This document shows positions 1 to 23,630 of a stretch of DNA of 64,000 bases, piece after piece (positions within the stretch are counted from its first letter, which is position 1; each line of letters starts with the position of its first letter). Both the position numbers and the translations under genes were made by a program. Source of the DNA: Perna viridis (Eukaryota); NCBI GenBank assembly GCA_037379345.1, contig CM074521.1:31396704-31460703 (forward strand), given 5' to 3'. The notes beneath the pieces are model-generated. The model was not told where the DNA came from. It worked only from the letters and a program-made list of their open reading frames with translations, and did not search any database.

Positions 1-14106
<14,106 letters not shown>

Positions 14107-16011
14107 TCATGTGACAAAGGCAGTGTAATCATGTGACACGGTCATCTGACCCATTCATGTGGAGGTCATGTATTCCTCTCATGATTTTTGACCTAGTCAT
14201 GTGATGTAATTGATCCAACCATGTGATAAACATGTGATACAGTTGTGCTCAGAGTCCTTCAAGTTTTAAGAGGGCTTTAATTAAAAAGTGCTGATAATGG
14301 GTCACTGATTGAAATGGCTCAAAGAATTTTATCGTACTAATCCTAATATTTATATTTATTTTAAGGCTTTCTTTTTTGTCTGTTTAAAATACAACTTTTC
14401 CAAGCATTAAGAATTTTGGCATTTATGTAATTTGGTCAGAATGTATTTTTCCCTCTGCAAAGAGTTCTAATTTTAGAACTTGAGACAAATTATAGCTCCA
14501 GTGAGTATTATTTTCTTAATTCTCTTCTTTCATAAATTAATGATTATTTCACTGTATGGTGTATGTATTGAATGGAACTGGTAGAATATTGAATAGTAGT
14601 TGAGAATGAAAATATCTACACTAAATATATGCACTCATATAAAAATCAAAACCATCTTAAATATTTATTGACAATACTATGTTATCAGTATAGTTTTTCT
14701 TCATTTTGGGCTTTGAGTATTACTATCATTTATTTTAGAATAATTGAAAGGCTAGGAAATGAGTTCAACTTAAGCTTCTATTGGATAAAAGCAGGTGAAG
14801 TTACCTGGTGTATTAGGCTAGGTATTTTACAAAGTTATAATACACAGATTATGTAGTACTTCTAAATGACATTCATTTAGTAACATTATTTAATGGAAAG
14901 ATTTGGTGCAGACATCTTCTGAGATTGAATCACAGTTTTTGTATATGACTTGATTTACTTAAATTCTACACCTGAATTCAGGAACATTTCATTATCAAAT
15001 GATCCAAGGAGGTAACTTTTTACTACCATGGCATGTTAATAGATTAAACTGGATTGTGAGGAGCAATGACATAGAACTGATTCCTTGTAGCAAGCCTTTG
15101 CTCTCTATGGACCTGTCCAAAAGTCATTGTTACCAATCAGTTTAACACTAATGCACCCATATTGTAGTTATCACAGATATCTGCTTAAGGTGGCATTCAG
15201 AATTCACCTAAAGATGCCTAAAATGTGTTATGATTTACAGTAGGTTATAGGTGGTGTTCACAATGTTAAAGGAATATTATGACTATTTTTTGTGGTCAAT
15301 GATCTGTGTAAATTGATAAGGTTTCACTAGAATATCATTAACCACATCACAATTGCATGTAGTGTATTGCTATCACTAACACAGCAATTGTACAGTATGT
15401 GTCCAGTGTGTTACAATAGTTATATATACATGTAGGTGTCCTTAGGTGAAATCTGACTCGTCCATTGTTTATCTACATTGTATTATCTATTTCTGGTGAG
15501 ATTGTGTTAAAGTGCTAGAAGATGTTTATTATGTATGATGCAGGCATTACTGAATAGAAATGACAACTCCAGGTTTAATCAAAGTGCTTGATTTTAACAG
15601 TTATTATGTCTTCATGTAGTTTTTGGATATTCTTAATTTTTTTTTTGTGTTTGTGAAAATGTTCATATTCTTTTTGGTTTTACAAATGTTAAATATTGGG
15701 ATAGTTTAGAGGGAAGTGAAACATTCAAGTGAAAATACCTTGTTTACTTTATTTTACTAGGCAGTATCTTTATCATGAGGAAAATTTGATTGCTTTGTAA
15801 TTACAATGGTTATAACTTGAATTGATTTTATATTAAATTTGCTAAGCAGGAATATCCCCCTATATCATAAAATTTCAAAATTGCATTTGGTTGGAAATTA
15901 TGATATGGTGACAATAATTTCTAAGTGTTTCTGAATTAATTTCTGGTTTTGTTGATGCAAGGGTGTGTTATTTATATTTTGTTCTATCATGGTTACATCT
16001 GATATTGCTAT

Positions 16012-16199
16012 CACTGTAAATGTATTGATTTCGTGTCGTATAAAAATGTAGTTATTTTCTTGATTTTCATGATGGTCAAATACCTTTAGTCTGAAAAACT
16101 TTACCCTCAAGATTTATATTTTTCACAACGAAATGCTATTTAGCTTTTTAACTCATAAAAAATCATTTGAAGAAATCTGTGAAAATTTGACTTACAGTA
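16012..16199. mobile_element. Degenerate MITE with (T)ACTGTAA...TTACAGTA ends, probably in the CUL2 3'UTR
   Basis: cactgtaaatgtattgatttcgtg...gtgaaaatttgacttacagta. Confidence 0.55.
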
Positions 16200-16328
16200 T
16201 ACTTTTGACCTGTCATGGTATCTATCATCAGTTGATATCTCTGTTTGATAATGTCTGTAACTATTTATACACGGCATGTGTAACAGTAGTAAGAAATCAT
16301 GTGATACATGCTTTAAAATGTTCTTTTT

Positions 16329-16334
16329 ATTAAA
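16329..16334 (+). terminator. Candidate CUL2 polyadenylation signal (ATTAAA)
   Basis: ATTAAA with T-rich context and T/GT-rich downstream sequence, about 2.2 kb after the stop. Other ATTAAA hexamers lie earlier in the UTR. Confidence 0.35.
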
Positions 16335-16500
16335 CTTTTTTTGACATATCATCTTACATGTTTTTTATCCCCAAGAAGTAGTCTGAAAAAGCTTATTTTG
16401 TCCACTTTTTCATACAACTGCAAATTTTTGTATTGGAATTATGGCTCCAACCATTTAGGAATCAGAGGCCAAATACTAACATTTCATAAAATTTAAACGT

Positions 16501-16888
16501 ATGTTGAAGTCAGTACTACAGAAGTTTTATGGTTGTCATCATGAACTTGTGGATCGGTACGGTGTATGCATCTGTGCCTTGAGAACTGATTTGTTCAACA
16601 TGCCATGGTTTTCCTTTCCTCTTATGTCGACCTGGACTTGACCTTTTATGAGCAACTGGGCAGGTATATCTAGAAAAGCAGAGGACACTTACCCTACCGG
16701 TGCACCTGGTCCATGCTTCCGGTTTTTAGTGAGGTACGAGTTGCTCATTTACTTTTGTTACTTTGTATGTAACATTTTGGTTATTTTATGTTCTTCGTTG
16801 TGTATGTCTGTTTTCCACATCAGGTCTTTGTCCCTGGATTACATTCCTTTGATTTCCGCTAGATTCCTGGTTCTCTTGATTACTCTTT
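16501..16888 (+). mobile_element. 3' fragment of a Penelope-like retroelement (end of RT thumb plus tail)
   Basis: MLKSVLQKFYGCHHELVDRYGVCI resembles the bivalve KFYGRHHDLVDRYG motif; followed by the common tail cttaccctaccggtgcacctggtcc...tttttagtg...gttgctcatt. Confidence 0.65.
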
Positions 16889-17263
16889 CAAGTTTAAGTG
16901 AGTGTACTAATCTTTATGTTCTTGTTCCACAGTTTTGTATACCACAAAAATCATACTGGGCTTGATTTGCGGGTTATGATCTGAACTGTTATAAATTAGG
17001 GGCTGAGAAGGACTAAAAACTATGCAATTTTCTGGTATTCTAATTATAGCATGAGCAAAAGTGTATGGATCTGTGAAACTTCACAAGGTTTGCATACCAC
17101 CATGGTGATACCACAAATGGAATTAAAAAAAAAGATTTTAGGGTTATGACTTGAGAAGATTAGCAATGAGAAGCCAGAAATAAACACTTTCCAGACTGAA
17201 CAATAAGTTGAATTGATCTCTTGGAAAACGTACAATACAAGGTGCCCCACCACAAAAGAAAGG

Positions 17264-17383
17264 CTGTGGTGAAGGTCCATCACACTTGAAATGAAGGTCT
17301 ATCACACCTGTAGTGAAGGTCCATCACACCTGTGGTGAAAGTTTATCACACCTGTTGTGAAGGTCCATCACATCTATAGTAAA
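17264..17383. repeat. 22-bp tandem repeat, ~5 units
   Basis: ctgtggtgaaggtccatcacac. Confidence 0.9.
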
Positions 17384-17904
17384 GCATTGGGATCATTTTT
17401 TTAATCTTTGAACATAAGGGTTACAGTTTATATAATGAAGTTGACATGTCCATCATATTATGGCCTGGACATATATATCCAACCAGATAGTTCCAAAGAG
17501 GGCATCACAGCAAAACCAAAATATTAAAACTTCAGTCCAAAGCCTCAAACTATAAGTGGCTACACATTATGGTTGACTGAAGGCAAAGGCTGACAAAAAA
17601 AAATGGGAAGGAATCACAGATGGAAACTTGAAATGGGAAGAGGATGCCACCATTTAATTTAAATAAAGAATATTAAAAAAAAAAAACTTGATGTGTGATA
17701 CACACACTCAGTACAATCAATCAATTGTAAGCTGCAATACACAATTTCCAATCATTTCCATTTTTATAGCTGAGAAATATTTATTTGACCTATATGGACA
17801 ACAGTAAAAAAATTATGCCTCCAAAGCATTGATACAGTCAGAAAAATCACAAGTTCAAATGACATAAAACAATGAACAGAAAAACACACTTTTCAATGTC
17901 ATAA

Positions 17905-17910
17905 TTTATT
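17905..17910 (-). terminator. Candidate polyadenylation signal of the MRL gene (3'UTR about 2.9 kb)
   Basis: Minus strand AATAAA followed about 20 nt later by a GT/T-rich tract (gtgtgtttttctgttcattgtttt). Confidence 0.5.
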
Positions 17911-20756
17911 AAATTGAGTTGCACTCTATCTGTCAGATTTTAGAAATCTGATCATATCATCTATATATAGAAGCATCACGATCTGTACAGGGTATCCTCT
18001 CACACACCATTCCCCCTTTTTTCTCCCCTCAGATCACAGTTGTAATTTCTGATTTGTGAATAAGTAAAAGCGGAGCCTTTTGTAACATATATTACACTAT
18101 TGCCACAACCTTTCTAAGAATGTATTACTTTATATCATAAAATGTCAAAATAATGTGACATTGTAAACTGCATTGTTTATGTCACTGTTTGTTCTAATCA
18201 TGATGGTATGTTTTTGTTTTTGGTTTGTTTATGGTGTTTTTTGCATAGTAATTTTCATTTGGCCAGATGATTCATAAAACAAATCAGAAAGTATAACTGT
18301 AAATACTTGTTAAAACATGATATACAGTCACTGTAACATGGTACAATTGGAAATGCAAAAAAAACCCATAAAATGGTATTTAACCACTGATAAAATAACA
18401 AAAATAAATAAAATGTTCTTTCTTATAATAAAGTCAATGGATTTCTACTTCTTTGTAATAGCTTAAAGTCAAACATTCTTATGCCATAAATCAGAATCAC
18501 TTACTAGAGAAACTCAACAGAACTAGATTTGTTCTGACCTCCTCTAGTTAGATGCTCTTGCAATCTTGTTAGTTATTAGCAATCAAACATTTCTGTAGAT
18601 ATACTTAGCACTTGTACTGTGCTTTCTAGTGAAAAAAATTAAACTTGCACAAAAAATTATGATGAACTGTTATACTCCAGTTTAAATTATAATTAGTTTT
18701 CAAAATATAATTGTAACAATCTTCTATTTGTGTTTACATTGAAAATACTTGAAATATTTCTTTCTAGTAACAAACAAAAAAATTCTTACTTATATGTAAT
18801 TGATCTTAACCTTTAAACAAGCCAAGATACACTACACAGTTTGATTAAAGTAACAGTATCTTTTTGTCCAAAGTTATCAACATTTATTCATCACAAAAAT
18901 CACTCTCATCCTGATTCATCTTGAAATGGACAAAATGCAACAGATATATAAAAAACACATATAAAATGGTGACAAAAAATTTGTAAAATGTGACATGTAG
19001 GATTGTTAATAATCAAAACCAGTTTAAAACTGACAAAAATTGACTAGAATTCAAAATAAAATACCTCAAAAGACATTCTTGATTAGTTAATGTAAAATAC
19101 ATATCAATAAAGTAGATTTTTGTTCAGGTTTTCAATGCTGGTTCATTTGGCTCTTAATTGTAAAAGTGGGCAACTCTACCTAAATATTATACAATATTAA
19201 AAAAAATTACACTTGCTTGATACACAGTCAATTCATTAATGCACTTTCTGTGCACATAAACTTATTTCACAAAATACTATAACTACCAAGGTTGAAAAGC
19301 TTACTTTAACAATATGCATTCTTAATGCCAACTTCTGAAAATTAATACTATATGAAGCAAAAACCTTGAAACTGTTTGCCAAACTATACACGTTTCTTGT
19401 AATACAATATTATTTTGAAGACAATCCTCTTGTTTACAAACTTTGATTTATCAAAGGGAAGCAACTCAAAACAAAGACTTTGAATAAAGGGAAGCAACTC
19501 TTCCAAAAAACAAAATTTTCAAATATATTTTTTTAAATCTCACACTTACAAAACACTACTTGTTTATATATTAAGGATTTCATAATTTATTGTAACATTG
19601 CATATTCAAAAAGAGGCTAGCATTTTATAATGTATTTTAAATGCAGTTTTTAACTGTTTTCCTTCAATTGTTAAAAAATCATTAGTAATTCATTAAAAAT
19701 CTTGTCAGAGTTGCTACCCTTTGTTAGAAATACGAAAGTTAAAATTAAAGTTGGTAAACGTTAAGAAGATTTATGTCTATAAATTTGATCCACATTGGAA
19801 GCATAAGCCTTCCCTGAGCTCTTTTTCATTTTGTACAAAACATGGTTTAAACAGTGGTTGTCATGGTTTCATAAATATCTCTAAATTATCTCCCTTGCAT
19901 ACCTATGATTTAATGTAATGAATGATGTCATATAAAATACACATGTGTATGACTGAGACAGACTTATAAAGCACTAATTCTATCAATTCTAGTATTACTG
20001 TCAAAATAATGACTAAAAATTTATTTATTACTTACTAGCAAACTTGTATGAAACTGATTGCAAGAAAACTTAAGTGTGTCAAAACCTTAACTTATGACTG
20101 AAAATGAAACCTATTATGATATCATTCTTTTGTAGAAATGTTGCTGTGAAAAATGATAGAAAAAATATGGCACTAAGATATTTGTAGATAATTTTATCAA
20201 AATCTTGATTTTGCACAAAACCACTTCATATACTTAAGTAGTTCTTGTTGACCATTGCTTAAAATATGGAAATTCTCATGATAAAAAAAGGTAAAAAAGC
20301 AACAAAATTTAGGTCAAAGAAAACAATAAGTGACTAGAACTAATAACTCTTCAATATAAACAATTAGAAAAACTAACAGCATTTTACTCATTGGACTACT
20401 GATCATTTCTACAAATATCAACATCACAATGTAGACTAAATATTTGGTTTCCATTGGACATATAATTTCATGTTATCTTTAAAGTAATACTGTACTTAAA
20501 CAAATATATATCCATTATAACGTGTAGTACCTTAACTATAACAGTCATTCTGAACCTGGATAACTGTAAAATTCATATCAAAGGGAAAAATCATACTAAG
20601 TGTGAGTTTCATGAATCTGAAATTTTCAATATTTAACAGTGGATATGGATCTATTAACATCTAATGATTTTCATGTAATATCACTACATTTACAACATGA
20701 CACGATCTAATAAATCTCTAACAGAGAAAATCAAATCACTGGTATTAATTACACAG

Positions 20757-23630
20757 CTATTGGTTAGTCAATTGTGTCTCAGAGCTTCTTTTTGGAGGTG
20801 GTGGGGGTAGTTTTCCCTTTTTAGGCACACCTCCACCAATCCCCTCCAACAACTCTGGAGGAGGAAGTGGAAGGTCATTAATATCCAGAAGTCCCTCACA
20901 TTCACAGTTTTCGAACAAAGGATCATACTTTGGCACACAATGTATGTCAGCACTATTAGATTTGATTTCAGTAGAGAGTCTTGTATTTTCACTTCGTCTT
21001 GGTGGCGGGGGTGGGATATTTTTCCCTGGACCACATGAAACCTGTCTTAAAGGTCCAATAGGTGAAGTAATACCAAGTTCATTTGAATTAGCACCATTGT
21101 ATTTTTGTATATTTTTCTGTCCACTTTCTGGCTTTGGTAAAGTTGCAGGTGGAACTTTACCTGGAGGTTTTTGAGGTCTCTGAGATAACTCTGTCAAGAA
21201 AGGTAATGATTGTTGTTGCTGTTGTGGATAACTACGATCATCACTTGACATTACAGATGTCGGAACAGTCACATGACTGTTTCTTGGATGGTCATATATT
21301 GCACCTTGTTTGCCAGGATAAGATTGTTGTGGAATCATTGAACAGTTTGTAATGGGCATTGATGATGACATAACACGTGGCCCATTCTGATATCCTTGAT
21401 CATACGGTCCATTAAACTGTGGTCCACTATTAGTCATGGAATTAAAATGTCGACCATCTGGTGAGGTCATAGTTGGAGACAAAACACTTTGAGAAGGTTG
21501 TGAACCATAAGCTGGTCCACTGCAGGACAATGGAGATGGTCTGTGTTTTTGTCCTCCAGGTGTCACTTGACCAATTTTAGGCCCAATATTGTCTGGCCCA
21601 GATTTTCTCAGAGGTGATAAACCCCCTACATCAGTACCAACATATCTATTTTGTAACAACGGCATAGCAGGTGGCATTTGGACACAATTCTTAGGTGTAG
21701 ATGGAGATGAATCATTCTCAGCAGGTGTTGGATAATTAGAAGGTTTTGATGTCACATGTTGACCAGCAGGCGGTGCTGGTGATGGTGGTGTAGAAAACTC
21801 TGATGAGACAGGTGGAGACATCTGTGATGTAATTGGATGAGACAGTGGCAATGAGTTATGAGAGAAGTGCTTTGCAGCAGGAGGCGACATGATTGGTGGC
21901 TGGTTTGAAGACATTGGTGGAGACATCATACTCAATGGAGCAGGTGGCTGCATTGGTTTACTTGCAACAGGGGGCGGTCCCATTGAAGCCATTGACAACA
22001 TTGGTTTTGATGACATTGGAGGTGACATCAGTGACATTGGTTGTGATTGTGGATGATAGCCAGACATTTTATGACACTGACTTGGAGGGACAGGAAAATG
22101 ATCTTCAGTACTGAGGTTACTGTATTGACTTGTGCTAGAACTTGACCTTGAATGTGATGGTCCATCCCTCGTCATTGGAGGAGGAGGTGACATTACCCTC
22201 TGTACTGGTGGAGGAGGTGGTGATGTCAACCGTTCTCTCATACTGGTGATAGCTGATGGTGGAGGTGGAGGTGGTGTAGATAACCTCTCCCTACTTGGTG
22301 TAGGTGACATTTCTCTTGGAGGAGATGGTAGAGGCAGACTGCTGAATGGTTGATGCTTTATAATTTCATCCTCATTTGGTCTGCTAGGAGGAGGAGTTTG
22401 TGGCCTTCTATAGCTCTGAACATGTTTATGTGGTGGTGGAGGGGAGCCAGTCCTTCTCAAATCAGTCACCAGCTGTTGATTCTGAATCACTGATTTTTTG
22501 TCACCATGTTTTGGTTCTGGAGTTCTCTCCCTCTGAGATTCATGTAATATATGTTCATTAGATATTGCCTGTGATCTTACTTTTAGCTCTCGAGAGCCAT
22601 CAGAGTCTTTCCTTTCATGTCTTGATTCTTTAATTCCTTTCTCACTAGGAATTATTTGAGATCTCACTTTAAGTTCCCTTGATCCATCAGAACCTTTCCT
22701 CTCATGGCGTGAACCACTGCTGTCTGATGACGATTTCTTTTCATGCCGCGACCCACCACTTTCTGATGATGACTTTCTGGAATGAATCCTAAATTCCCTT
22801 GAATCATCAGAACTTTTCCTTTCATGCATATTCTCATATATTGGATCTGCCAGGGATTGTGACCTCACTTTAAATTCTCGTGAGGAGTCAGAACTTTTTC
22901 GTTCATGACGAGACTCTTTCCCCTCACCATGAATCATAGGGGCAGACTTCCTCCTATCTTTCTCAGTAAAACTGTGAGAATGTACTGGACTAGTAAGAGA
23001 CGATTTACGTTCATGACCGTATGATTCACAAGATGATATACTACTACCATCCATCGACTGCTGATACATTTCAGACATGTGTCTTGTTGTATCAGTGGAG
23101 AGAGGAATTTTTGCCCTCATTTTGCTTGACCTTGACATTGTTCCAAATCTATTCTCTCCACTTGAGATTGAATCCTCGCTAGATTCTGTTGAAGAACTTG
23201 TAATAGAATCACGATGGCGTAACGGAACTATTTCCTCGCCTTCAGCATTTATAACAGAGTGAGTATTGCTAAATGAGACCCTTTTTACAACAGGTCTTTG
23301 TACCTCATACATATTTTGTCCTGTAATGGATGACTTTCTCTCCTGATTGGAGGATACTTCCAAGCAGACAACATCCTCAGATTCACAAATTGTTGTATCA
23401 CTTCCTGTACTATTTCTAACCAATGAAGAATTCTGAACATGAACAATAGAATGCCTAGATCCAGGTTCTGGTATGGACATACGACTGTCCTGAAGTGTAG
23501 CGGTCGGGTTTAATTCCAAACTCTCATCAAAAGTATCACCATCCGAAACACTTGAACGAAGATCCCTTGTATCCCACTGAGTTACCTCTGTTCTTAATTT
23601 CTCGTAATTCTTCTGCAGTTGCTTGCCATA
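20757..23630 (-). CDS. RAPH1: MRL gene last exon: disordered Ser/Pro-rich C-terminus (957 aa)
   Basis: ttccag| YGKQLQKNY... open to TAG at 20757; contains [23 protein letters not shown] and [14 protein letters not shown]. The first 37 aa of the 994-aa ORF are intronic. Confidence 0.93.
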   Translation of the reverse strand, partial: YGKQLQKNYEKLRTEVTQWDTRDLRSSVSDGDTFDESLELNPTATLQDSRMSIPEPGSRHSIVHVQNSSLVRNSTGSDTTICESEDVVCLEVSSNQERKSSITGQNMYEVQRPVVKRVSFSNTHSVINAEGEEIVPLRHRDSITSSSTESSEDSISSGENRFGTMSRSSKMRAKIPLSTDTTRHMSEMYQQSMDGSSISSCESYGHERKSSLTSPVHSHSFTEKDRRKSAPMIHGEGKESRHERKSSDSSREFKVRSQSLADPIYENMHERKSSDDSREFRIHSRKSSSESGGSRHEKKSSSDSSGSRHERKGSDGSRELKVRSQIIPSEKGIKESRHERKDSDGSRELKVRSQAISNEHILHESQRERTPEPKHGDKKSVIQNQQLVTDLRRTGSPPPPHKHVQSYRRPQTPPPSRPNEDEIIKHQPFSSLPLPSPPREMSPTPSRERLSTPPPPPPSAITSMRERLTSPPPPPVQRVMSPPPPMTRDGPSHSRSSSSTSQYSNLSTEDHFPVPPSQCHKMSGYHPQSQPMSLMSPPMSSKPMLSMASMGPPPVASKPMQPPAPLSMMSPPMSSNQPPIMSPPAAKHFSHNSLPLSHPITSQMSPPVSSEFSTPPSPAPPAGQHVTSKPSNYPTPAENDSSPSTPKNCVQMPPAMPLLQNRYVGTDVGGLSPLRKSGPDNIGPKIGQVTPGGQKHRPSPLSCSGPAYGSQPSQSVLSPTMTSPDGRHFNSMTNSGPQFNGPYDQGYQNGPRVMSSSMPITNCSMIPQQSYPGKQGAIYDHPRNSHVTVPTSVMSSDDRSYPQQQQQSLPFLTELSQRPQKPPGKVPPATLPKPESGQKNIQKYNGANSNELGITSPIGPLRQVSCGPGKNIPPPPPRRSENTRLSTEIKSNSADIHCVPKYDPLFENCECEGLLDINDLPLPPPELLEGIGGGVPKKGKLPPPPPKRSSETQLTNQ

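Noticed and set aside
20768-23262. Short ORFs overlapping the large MRL exon (for example 20944-21174, 22132-22353)
   Set aside because: Antisense or alternate-frame shadows of Pro/Ser-rich codons; poly-Gly mirrors poly-Pro.
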